Assembly (NCBI GenBank): GCA_963666365.2
Contig: CAXXNF010000002.1
Coordinates: 1,216,001 to 1,280,000 of the forward strand
Source of the DNA: Syntrophales bacterium
GTDB lineage: Bacteria > Desulfobacterota > Syntrophia > Syntrophales > UBA2210
Direction: 5' to 3'
Length of the DNA: 64,000 bases
In this document: positions 8,277 to 16,897 of the stretch, one piece after another
Layout: the number at the start of each line of letters is the position of its first letter
Numbering within the stretch: the first letter of the stretch is position 1
The notes under the pieces: generated by a model
Seen by the model: the letters and a program-made list of their open reading frames with translations, nothing else
The model's database searches: none
Told to the model about the DNA's origin: nothing
Translations under genes and position numbers: made by a program

Positions 8277-9497
8277 TTACCGTGCCATTTTTGTCAGATC
8301 CCACATGGGCAGGAATATGGCCAGGGCGAAGAATCCCACCACCCCTGCCAGGCCCACGATGAGGATCGGTCCGATCAGATCGGACAGCTGTTTGATCTGA
8401 TAGGATACCTCGTCATCGTAGTGCATTGCCACCTGATGCAGCATCTCGTCAAGGGCCCCCGTTTCTTCTCCCACGGAGACCATATCCACCACCATGGGGG
8501 TAAAGTAGCGCGCGCCCCGCAGCGGATTTGAGATACCCCTCCCTTCTTCGACCAGGTCTCTGATTCTGTCGAATTCCCGGGATATGGCATCATTGCCGAT
8601 TGTGCCCGAGAGAATATCCAGTGAACTGAGGACGGGGATGCCGCTTGCCTGCAGGATGGAGAATATACTGGCAAATCGGGCCATGGCCGCCTTTTGGTAC
8701 AGCGGTCCCACAATGGGCACCCGCAACAGGAGCCGGTCGCGCAGGAGGCGCCCCTGCTGCGTTTTCACGTAATATCGGTATCCCATGACAACAGCGATAA
8801 TTGCTATGATGAATACATACCAGTAGTTGATCAGCGCATGGGACAGCACCAGGCAGATCTTCGTGGGAAGGGGGAGTTCCAGTCCCGCTTTTTGAAATAT
8901 GGTCACGAATTTGGGGACCACGAAATAGAGCAGCACCACAAAGGCAATCCCCAGGGCCAGCACGACGATTTTGGGATACTGCATGGCGGCCTTGATGTCC
9001 GACTTGACCTTATGTTCGTGTTCGAGAATGTAGGCAAGCCTGTCCAGCACGTCGGGCAGGGTGCCGCTGGTTTCTCCGGCATTGATCATGTTGACGTACA
9101 GCGACGACAGGAGTTTTTCATGCTTGCGAAAGGCATCCGTCAACGACCGCCCTTCCTTGATATCGATGGCGATGGTGGCCAGCATATTTTTAAGTCGTTC
9201 GTTCTGCGTCTGGTGCTGAAGGATCTCCAGAAGCTGGACCACCGAAAGGCCGGCGGCAAGCATCGTCTTGAACTGTTTTGTCATCAGGATGATTTCTTCA
9301 GGCTTGACGCTTGCGAACCGTGCCAGCAATCCGCCCTTCGAGGCGCTTTCACCGCCCTTTTTGACCGGTGCGACCCTTGAAGGAATAAATCCCTGGGCGC
9401 TCAACATTTTGTTTGCCATATCGAGGGATTCGGCTTCGATGACGCCCGCTACGGAAGCGCCGCTTTGATTGATGGCTTTGTAGGAAAAGCTTGGCAT
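8277..9497 (-). CDS. pilC: Pilus platform protein PilC/MshG (T2SS F family)
   Basis: 406 aa; two T2SSF repeats (AGETSGTL, VGEETGAL); ends LAIFLPMWDL. Confidence 0.93.
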   Translation of the reverse strand: MPSFSYKAINQSGASVAGVIEAESLDMANKMLSAQGFIPSRVAPVKKGGESASKGGLLARFASVKPEEIILMTKQFKTMLAAGLSVVQLLEILQHQTQNERLKNMLATIAIDIKEGRSLTDAFRKHEKLLSSLYVNMINAGETSGTLPDVLDRLAYILEHEHKVKSDIKAAMQYPKIVVLALGIAFVVLLYFVVPKFVTIFQKAGLELPLPTKICLVLSHALINYWYVFIIAIIAVVMGYRYYVKTQQGRLLRDRLLLRVPIVGPLYQKAAMARFASIFSILQASGIPVLSSLDILSGTIGNDAISREFDRIRDLVEEGRGISNPLRGARYFTPMVVDMVSVGEETGALDEMLHQVAMHYDDEVSYQIKQLSDLIGPILIVGLAGVVGFFALAIFLPMWDLTKMAR

Positions 9498-9530
9498 AGT
9501 GTCTCTCTGTGTAGTGCTGTTATTAGTTTA

Positions 9531-9656
9531 TCACCCCCACCCCCACCCTCCCCCATCAAGGGGGAGGGAGTATGGATAGTGCAACCCGCCCCTATCAAGG
9601 GGGGAGGAGTAAGGATGGTGCAATCCGCCCCCATCAAGGGGGGAGGAGTAAGGATG
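9531..9656. repeat. Array of REP-like hairpins with 39-bp period
   Basis: CCCC(C/T)ATCAAGGGGG core three times; near-identical units at 9579-9617 and 9618-9656. Confidence 0.85.
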
Positions 9657-9660
9657 ATAC

Positions 9661-9808
9661 GAGACCTTTGCAGGACCTCATAAAATCGTCAATTTCGTCA
9701 TACCGGCAGGTCCCTGATCAAGTCCGGGAGGTATCCAGTTTTTTCAAGCACTTTCTGGATTCCGGGTCAAGCCCGGAATGACAGAAAAGGAAATTATGCA
9801 AAGGTCTC
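9661..9808 (+). mobile_element. MITE copy 2
   Basis: Same termini and body as copy 1; flanks GATAC/GGTGC (probably a decayed duplication). Confidence 0.9.
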
Positions 9809-9958
9809 GGTGCGCCTCCCATCAAGAGGTTTCTTGTACAACCATCATCCGTCGAGGAAGAGGAAGTTTTTTTCTGCACCTCCCCCTCCCTTTCATCTTT
9901 TCCCCCCGGGGGAGAGGAAAATCTGGAAAGGGAAATTACTGACGAGGGCGATTTTCAC

Positions 9959-11671
9959 TTATTCCAGATTCATGACCTTCGAGGCCGCTTCTTCCAGTGT
10001 GGTGATTCCGCGTGCGACCTTTTCGGCGGCATCATCTTTTAACATGCGAAGCTTGCCCGCACTCACGGCCGCCTTGGTAATTTCCTGCGCTGAGGCGCCC
10101 CGCAGTATCATCTCCTGTATGTCATCATCAACGCGAAGCACCTCGAAGACACCCGTCCGTCCGCGATATCCCGTGTTCATGCACTGCGGACATCCCCGTC
10201 CCCTCTGGAAGTTCGGATTTTCCACCTTATCGAGCCCCCAGGCGACAAGTGCCTTTTCCGGCGGCCGATAGGGTTCTCTGCAATAGGGACACACAGTGCG
10301 CACAAGCCGCTGCGCAAAGGATATCAGCAGCACCGACGACACAAGAAAGGGCTCGATCCCCATGTCCACAAATCGTGTGATGGCGCCGGCGGCGTCGTTG
10401 GTGTGGACCGTGCTGAACACACGGTGCCCCGTAAGAGCGGCCTGTGTGGCGATTCCCGCCGTTTCTCCGTCCCGTATTTCTCCCACCATGATCACGTCGG
10501 GGTCCTGGCGAAGAATCGACCGTAGTCCGCTCGCAAAGGTCATACCCGCTTTTCGGTTCAGCTGTACCTGACGGATATTTTCCATGCGATATTCCACGGG
10601 ATCTTCCAGTGTAATAATATTCACATCAGGCGTGTTAATCTCGTTCAGAATGGCATAAAGGCTGGTGCTTTTCCCGCTGCCCGTGGGGCCGGTGCTGAGG
10701 ACCATACCGTAGGGCTTGCTGACGGCCTTCGCGATTTTTTCCCGGTCTTCCTTCGACATGCCCAGCTTGTCCAGGCTGTAGACCTGGGCCCCCATGTCGA
10801 GAAGCCGCAGCACGATATTTTCGCCGAAAATCGTGGGAAGCGCCGACGCCCTCACGTTGATCTCCTTGTTGTCCATCTTGACGGTAAACCGGCCGTCTTG
10901 AGGAATGCGCGACATGGCGATGTCCATTCGCGAAAGAATTTTAATCCGGGAGATAATGGGCAGCACCATTGACTTGGGCGGCGCCGGCATTTCAACGAGT
11001 TTGCCGTCGATCCTGAATCGGAGGGACACGCTTTTCTCCTCGGGACTGATATGGACATCGCTCGCCTTGTCGTGAACGGCCTGGGCGATGATGGAGTTCA
11101 CCAGACGGATAACCGGCGCCTCTTCGGCCATATTCTGCAGCGAGCTGACCTGAAGATCACCGGTTGCCTCCCCTGCTTCTTCGCTTTCCACGTCAAGCTG
11201 AACATCGCCGATGTTCTCCATCAGCCCCATCATGCCCGACTGCGTGCCATAGGTGGCACTGATAAGCTGGCCGAGCTCTCTTGAGGAACATACGACGGCG
11301 GCCACTTCCATATTGGCCTGGGCCTCCAGGGCATCGATGGCGTTGATGTCCATGGGATCGGCCATGGCCACAGTGAGCAGATTAAATTTTTTTTTGAGCG
11401 GAACCGCCTGGTATTTCTGGGCCATTTCGAAGGGAATAAACTGCGCCATCGTCGGATCGCCCGGATATTTGTCCGTGTCGTACTTGTCAATTTTCAGCTG
11501 AATGCTGATCTGATCGATGATTTGCTCTTCGGTCACCATCCCCTGCTTGATGAGATACTCGCCAAGTTTGAGCCGCGCCTTTTTCTGGCCCGTCAGGGCT
11601 TGCTTCAGCTGATCTTCGCTGAGCAAACCCGCTTCTATCAGCATCTCGCCCAGCCGTTTTCTGATTCTCAT
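9959..11671 (-). CDS. pilB: Pilus extension ATPase PilB/MshE with N-terminal MshEN domain
   Basis: RLGEMLIEAGLL...KLGEYLIKQGMV tandem motif; GPTGSGKST, TLEDPVE, LRQDPD and a tetracysteine motif. Confidence 0.95.
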   Translation of the reverse strand: MRIRKRLGEMLIEAGLLSEDQLKQALTGQKKARLKLGEYLIKQGMVTEEQIIDQISIQLKIDKYDTDKYPGDPTMAQFIPFEMAQKYQAVPLKKKFNLLTVAMADPMDINAIDALEAQANMEVAAVVCSSRELGQLISATYGTQSGMMGLMENIGDVQLDVESEEAGEATGDLQVSSLQNMAEEAPVIRLVNSIIAQAVHDKASDVHISPEEKSVSLRFRIDGKLVEMPAPPKSMVLPIISRIKILSRMDIAMSRIPQDGRFTVKMDNKEINVRASALPTIFGENIVLRLLDMGAQVYSLDKLGMSKEDREKIAKAVSKPYGMVLSTGPTGSGKSTSLYAILNEINTPDVNIITLEDPVEYRMENIRQVQLNRKAGMTFASGLRSILRQDPDVIMVGEIRDGETAGIATQAALTGHRVFSTVHTNDAAGAITRFVDMGIEPFLVSSVLLISFAQRLVRTVCPYCREPYRPPEKALVAWGLDKVENPNFQRGRGCPQCMNTGYRGRTGVFEVLRVDDDIQEMILRGASAQEITKAAVSAGKLRMLKDDAAEKVARGITTLEEAASKVMNLE

Positions 11672-11780
11672 TAGAGTCCTTTGCTCACTGTCTATGCGTA
11701 AAATTCCCCCTCCCCTTCATCCCCTCCCACCAGGGGAGGGGAAAAGAGGGGGGAAACATCTTCATCTTCTGGTAAAAAGC

Positions 11781-11924
11781 GAGACCTTTGCAGAACCTCA
11801 TAAAATCGTCAATTTCGTCATACCGGCAGGTCCCTGATCAAGTCCGGGAGGTATCCAGTCTTTTCAAGCACTTTCTGGATTCCGGGTCAAGCCCAGACAG
11901 AAAAGAAAATTATGCAAAGGTCTC
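11781..11924 (+). mobile_element. MITE copy 3
   Basis: Same termini; target duplication AAAGC/AAAGC; small internal deletion. Confidence 0.92.
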
Positions 11925-11956
11925 AAAGCATCGTACCAACGAGGGGTGAGGCATCT

Positions 11957-13723
11957 TCACCTTCTGGTAAAGAACACCGTGCCCGGGGTCCATTCCGCAA
12001 TAATTTTTCCTTCAGCGGCAATTTCGGAAGGCACCGCCTCAAGCGCACGTTTCGCTTCAGCTTCATCATTAAAATCATTCTTCAACAGCAGGGAAAATTG
12101 AAGCCCTCTTTCACTCCAGTGCGGCAGCATCGTCACTGGAAATACCCCTGCTTTATAGCGCCGATATGCCCGCAACGCCTTTTCAAGGTCTGTAAATCGT
12201 GCAATCTCAACATGATAGCGTTCTCCCGTCGCCTTTATTGAAGGTTGCGCCGGGATCGTGGGAACATTGACGATATCTCCTGCCACAATTTTGTCAAGAT
12301 TTTTTATATGCGGGTTCACGTCAGCAACCAGGCGCATCATCCTCACATTACATCTGCCGTAAATATCTTCAATAATCGTCCACACAAAGGCATCCTGGAC
12401 CACTTTTACTTGCCCGAGGAGCGCAGGATAGGATAGGCGGCTCGCCATCGCTTCCTTTTCACTCACCGGCACGGCAGTTATCTTTGCGGCTGCCTCCTGC
12501 GGCACATCGACGGCCCCAGTAGGTGTGCCGCCCGCACTGGAGGCGAGTATCTCCCCTTCGGCCGGCACAACATCTTGTGCTGCTTCGACCGGTTTTACCG
12601 GTGGGGTACTCTCCCGTGCCTCGGGTGCCGGCGCTGGTACCAGGACCTTCGGTTCTTTCGGCGGCGGCGCTGTTGCTGCCTTTTCGACGGGAGAGTGCGA
12701 GGGCGTAGCAGCTTTCACGACATCGCTTTGCCTGTCTGTCGTTTTTTGTGTTACCTGTGCATAATCGGCCCGCGTCCCCCCGGGAAAGAGCGCGTTAAGA
12801 TAGCCCCGTTCGAACACAACCATGAGCAGAATCAGCACCAGTCCTGCAAGAATTGCCGTTTTGGCCCAGGGCGCTCCGGCCGGCCTGTTGTCTCCCTCTG
12901 ATACCCTTCGGGCAATGGATTTGACCAGTGCCGCACCGGCCTTTGTTTTGTTCTGAATAATGAGCGTTAGAAGGATCTGGTGGCACAGCTTCACGATCTT
13001 TCGCGGATATCCACCCGTCGCCTTGTATAACTGGCGCATGGCGCCCCCGGTAAACTGAACGGGAATTTCTTTCCCCCGCTCCATGGCCTGCTCGATGCGA
13101 AAGAGAACCATGGCTTTTGTATCGTGAAAATTCAGCGGCCCCAGACTGTAACTGAGATTTATACGGTCGGCGATTCCGGAGTTCCGTGCCAGTATGTCTC
13201 GAAACTCTTCCTGCGCGAATATCACTATTTGAAGGAGCTTGTACTCGTTTGTCTCATAATTGAGAAATTCTCTGAGCGTTTCGAGACAAAAGTCGGGAAT
13301 CTTCTGTCCTTCGTCGATAATCAGAACCACAATTCTTGACTTTTCAACGGCCTCGTCAAAAAGATATTTTTTTACGCGCTCCCGAAGCTGCCAGTCGGTC
13401 AGGGCCGTTTCGCTCTCTTCGATCAACCCGAACATCTCGGCTATGGAAATGATAAACTCGCGTTCGGTGCTGAAATGAGGATCCAGGAGCAGGTGCGTTG
13501 CCACCTCGTCATCGCTCGCAAATTTTCTGATAAGCTGTCGTGAAAGGGTGGTCTTTCCCGTCCCCACATCGCCGAGTACGACATTAAGCCCCCTCCGGAT
13601 ACGGATCGCCAGCTCGAGTTTCTGCAGACACTCCACATGGTGCGGCGACTCGTAGAAAAACTCCGGTTCCGGCGAATTCGAAAAGGGCTCCCGGGTAAGA
13701 TTGAGGATTTTATAATATTCCAT
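11957..13723 (-). CDS. ExeA/MshM-like AAA ATPase with TM helix, Pro/Ala linker and periplasmic LysM-like C-terminus
   Basis: REPFSNSPEP, GDVGTGKTT, IIDEGQ and TGGYPRKI motifs; NPHIKNLDKIVAGDIVNVP resembles LysM. Confidence 0.85.
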   Translation of the reverse strand: MEYYKILNLTREPFSNSPEPEFFYESPHHVECLQKLELAIRIRRGLNVVLGDVGTGKTTLSRQLIRKFASDDEVATHLLLDPHFSTEREFIISIAEMFGLIEESETALTDWQLRERVKKYLFDEAVEKSRIVVLIIDEGQKIPDFCLETLREFLNYETNEYKLLQIVIFAQEEFRDILARNSGIADRINLSYSLGPLNFHDTKAMVLFRIEQAMERGKEIPVQFTGGAMRQLYKATGGYPRKIVKLCHQILLTLIIQNKTKAGAALVKSIARRVSEGDNRPAGAPWAKTAILAGLVLILLMVVFERGYLNALFPGGTRADYAQVTQKTTDRQSDVVKAATPSHSPVEKAATAPPPKEPKVLVPAPAPEARESTPPVKPVEAAQDVVPAEGEILASSAGGTPTGAVDVPQEAAAKITAVPVSEKEAMASRLSYPALLGQVKVVQDAFVWTIIEDIYGRCNVRMMRLVADVNPHIKNLDKIVAGDIVNVPTIPAQPSIKATGERYHVEIARFTDLEKALRAYRRYKAGVFPVTMLPHWSERGLQFSLLLKNDFNDEAEAKRALEAVPSEIAAEGKIIAEWTPGTVFFTRR

Positions 13724-13813
13724 GGTTTACCGACCACACAGTGTATCCGTTATTTTGATGCCTGCGTACAAAAATCATATTCCTTATGCGCCGTAATGCC
13801 CTTTCAAGGGAGT

Positions 13814-13965
13814 GAGACCTGGGTTGCAGAACCTCATCACATCGTCAATTTCGTTATACCGGCAGATCCCGGATCAAGTCCCGGGAGGTATCCATTTTTT
13901 TCACGCACTTTCTGGATTCCGGGTCAAGCCCGGAATGACAGAACAGGGTAGTATGCAAAGGCCTC
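13814..13965 (+). mobile_element. MITE copy 4
   Basis: Slightly diverged termini; target duplication GGAGT/GGAGT. Confidence 0.9.
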
Positions 13966-14007
13966 GGAGTATCTCGGCCAAGGCATTCTCATGACACATG
14001 ATATCAA

Positions 14008-14173
14008 GAGATTGCCGCGCTCCCTCCGGTCGCTCGCAATGACAGGCTTCGCGTCTTTGCGAGGTATGCAGCAACGAAGGAATCTCGCCGCTCCCGTTGT
14101 CATTTCGAGAAGCGACGAAGTAATCGCTACCTCCGCTTTGTCTTTGCGAAGAGCGCAGCGATGAAGCAATCTC
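14008..14173. repeat. Cluster of GAGATTGC...CGCAATGAC-type REP units in both orientations
   Basis: Starts GAGATTGC and ends GCAATCTC; internal GTC(A/T)TT(G/T)CGA...AATC units. Confidence 0.7.
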
Positions 14174-14212
14174 ATCGCACACCAACATTGCGAGTTTGCC
14201 GCAGCCCCCTAG

Positions 14213-14255
14213 CCCTTCCCACTTTTTCCACTTTTCCTACTTTCCTTACTTTCCT
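14213..14255. repeat. Degenerate 9-bp tandem array (ACTTTTCCT-like)
   Basis: About 5 units directly after the pilQ stop; similar array at 52201-52273. Confidence 0.7.
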
Positions 14256-15809
14256 CTACGACGCATCTTTCGCCACTCCCGTATCCAGGATGCGAGGCGT
14301 AATAAATATCAGGACTTCTTCCAGATTCATGGCCTTGTCTTCCCCCTTGAAAAGCCATCCCAGTATGGGAATGTCCATCAACAGGGGAACGCCCTTGTCC
14401 CCTTTGGATTCTCTCGTCTTGCTCAGGCCCGATATGACGATTGTCTCACCGTCTCTGACAATCAACATGGTGTCGGTACGTTTTTTTATGATAAAAGGGT
14501 TCCCCTGCACATCCCGCGATGTGTCTACTTCATCCTTATTGACGACGATTTTCATCTTCAGATTCGACCCGTCAATGACGTGGGGGGTAATCTCAAGGCG
14601 CAGCACCGCATCTTCAAAGGCCACTTCCTGATCGCCGTCTTCGTTAATGGTGACATAGGGCACCCGCTCCCCGTTTTCGGTAAAGGCAGTCTGATTGTCA
14701 AGGGTGGTAATCGAGGGACTTGAAAGGATGTTGAGCTTTCCCTGCGTCTCAAGCGCCTGAAGCTGCACATCGAGGACACTGCCGCCGACTTTCCACAAAG
14801 TAAGACCCAGTGATGCCAGGCCACCCGCAGTCTGAGCCGTGATATCTTCAACGGGGAAATTTACACCATAATTGTTCTCCGATTGCGTACCTCTCACGTT
14901 GTACAAGGTGTCATTGATCGTATTCGTATAACTCCCTCCCCACTGGATGCCCAGGCTTCTGGCGGTGTCACGGGTCGTTTCCACTATGTTCGCCTCAATG
15001 CGGATCTGGGGCGTGGGCCGGTCGATTTTCTGTATCATGGGCACGATGCGCGCCATGTCATCGTCGGTCGCCTGCACGATCAGCGAATTCGTATGCGTGT
15101 TCACCTGAATCGAACCGTAGGGCTTATCTTTTTCATCCTTTACAAGCAACGTCTCCAGGCTGGTTTTCAGCTTCTCCGCATCGGCATAATCGATGGAAAA
15201 TACTTTCGTCTGAAGAGGCGACATTTTCATGCGAAGCAGCTCGCTCGCGCGCTTTTTCTCTCGAAACGTTTCCATTTTCAATTCGTCTTCCATGTCCTGC
15301 ATGGTGACGACTCGTATGATATCCCCCTCCCATACATAGGTCAGCATCTGAGAACGCATGATGCTTAAAAAGGCCTCGTCCCAGGGAACCTTGTTGAAAT
15401 CGACGCTGATTTTCCCTTGCAGCCCGTCCTTGATAAGTATGTTCTGGTGTGCCGACCGCGCAAGCGCCCGCAGAATTGTGCTCACTTCGGCATTGCGCAT
15501 CTTGAGACTGACCACAGCCCTGGGCAGCGATTTGAGGGTGCTTTTTTGCGCCTCCTCTGTCGATGCGGCGCTCTTCACCGCGGCCTCAGCGTCCTTCTTC
15601 CCGGGCACTTCGTAGGTCCTTTCTCTCGGCGCCGGTGATGTCCCCTGTTTTTCCCGTGCCATCACACGCCACTTCTCAAAAAAGGGATCTTTTACCGCCT
15701 CTTTCTGTGCGGCGCACCCCGCCAGCGCGAACCAGGCAAAAGTCGCGCACAGACAAAGCACAGGCCATCTCTTTGCGGTGAACAATTTCAATATATTCCT
15801 CCTTGACAC
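14256..15809 (-). CDS. pilQ: Secretin PilQ (lipoprotein signal)
   Basis: LAGC lipobox; QIRIEANIVE, LSSPSITTL, VPLLMDIPILGWLFK and LIFITPRI motifs. Confidence 0.95.
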   Translation of the reverse strand: MSRRNILKLFTAKRWPVLCLCATFAWFALAGCAAQKEAVKDPFFEKWRVMAREKQGTSPAPRERTYEVPGKKDAEAAVKSAASTEEAQKSTLKSLPRAVVSLKMRNAEVSTILRALARSAHQNILIKDGLQGKISVDFNKVPWDEAFLSIMRSQMLTYVWEGDIIRVVTMQDMEDELKMETFREKKRASELLRMKMSPLQTKVFSIDYADAEKLKTSLETLLVKDEKDKPYGSIQVNTHTNSLIVQATDDDMARIVPMIQKIDRPTPQIRIEANIVETTRDTARSLGIQWGGSYTNTINDTLYNVRGTQSENNYGVNFPVEDITAQTAGGLASLGLTLWKVGGSVLDVQLQALETQGKLNILSSPSITTLDNQTAFTENGERVPYVTINEDGDQEVAFEDAVLRLEITPHVIDGSNLKMKIVVNKDEVDTSRDVQGNPFIIKKRTDTMLIVRDGETIVISGLSKTRESKGDKGVPLLMDIPILGWLFKGEDKAMNLEEVLIFITPRILDTGVAKDAS

Positions 15810-15819
15810 GGAACCTCAT

Positions 15820-16332
15820 CTATTCTTCAACAAAGGGCACCGTAATCTTCCGCTGCCCTTCTTTGTCCTCGATAACCACCTCTGAGGGAGCAATGCCGAC
15901 AAGGGTATAACCCGGCAGTTCGAGCGCCTCGCCCACCCGGTAATCGACACCGTTGATAATCGCAAGCCGCACACCCCCCTCGTGGTCTATATAGCCGGTA
16001 TATTTCAGGTTCGGTCCCTCGTCTGCGGCTTTTTCTTTTTTCTCGTCCTTCGTGGAAGATCCCACATAAAAGGGATCACTCACCCACGCCTTTTGTGCAT
16101 TGTTCATAATATAGGCATCCAGTGACGATTGTTTGCTTTCCTTGAGCGCAACGGCCACGGTGGTTACCAGTGTATCGAGCTGGGTCATCTCCTGTGTTCG
16201 CGAAACCGCGGGTTTCTTCGCCGGTTTCGATTTTTGTGCCGAAGGCTCCAAAAAGAGGGCATACACGGCGTACAGTATCGCGACAGCCATAATCGCCAGG
16301 ATGATCTTTTCCCTCTTGCCTATTTTCTTCAT
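15820..16332 (-). CDS. PilP/GspB-like pilus alignment protein
   Basis: N-terminal TM, DPF motif and LAIINGVDYRVGE; lies between pilO and pilQ. Confidence 0.65.
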   Translation of the reverse strand: MKKIGKREKIILAIMAVAILYAVYALFLEPSAQKSKPAKKPAVSRTQEMTQLDTLVTTVAVALKESKQSSLDAYIMNNAQKAWVSDPFYVGSSTKDEKKEKAADEGPNLKYTGYIDHEGGVRLAIINGVDYRVGEALELPGYTLVGIAPSEVVIEDKEGQRKITVPFVEE

Positions 16333-16348
16333 TGCCCTACAATCCTTT

Positions 16349-16891
16349 TTATTCCACCGCCAGCCACAGTTTGATCGTGATTTCTTTTTCCTCGTCTCCG
16401 TTCTTGACCTGTATTTCTTCCACAGTCGTCAAATAGGGAATTTTGGCCACCCGGTACAGAAAATCCCGAAGGGACGGGAAGGGTCCCCTGATCACGGCGT
16501 CCGCTGAAATCAGGCCCGGATTCTCCTGCAACGCCGCCAGATCCGGTTTTACCGTTACCACCTTCAATCCCGCCGCTTCGGCGTGCGCCCTGATCACCGA
16601 AAGGATCGTATCTATCTGCGACTTCGGAAGCGTTGTCCTTGCCGAAACAATCAGCTCCTGCGGAAGCTCCGCTTTTTTCCTCGATGCAAGCTGCTGGTAA
16701 AGGGGCAGCAATTTATTCTGCTTTTCTATTTTGAACCGCAGGTCCTCGATGCGGCTTTCATAGCCATCCATCGATTTCAATGCCGGGTTAATCCATAGAA
16801 AGAAAAACGCCGCCAGCACCAGTGCGCTGAGCCCTCCAAGGATAACTATCCCGCTGCGCTCCTGAACTTTTAGTGTCGCTCCCTTTAGCAT
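16349..16891 (-). CDS. pilO: PilO-like protein
   Basis: TM + coiled coil + GPFPSLRDFL ferredoxin-like tail; operon position. Confidence 0.75.
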   Translation of the reverse strand: MLKGATLKVQERSGIVILGGLSALVLAAFFFLWINPALKSMDGYESRIEDLRFKIEKQNKLLPLYQQLASRKKAELPQELIVSARTTLPKSQIDTILSVIRAHAEAAGLKVVTVKPDLAALQENPGLISADAVIRGPFPSLRDFLYRVAKIPYLTTVEEIQVKNGDEEKEITIKLWLAVE

Positions 16892-16897
16892 GATTCC

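Noticed and set aside
9531..9656. 39-bp periodic repeats as a mini-CRISPR
   Set aside because: The would-be spacers are nearly identical to each other, and the core is a REP hairpin found elsewhere in the window.
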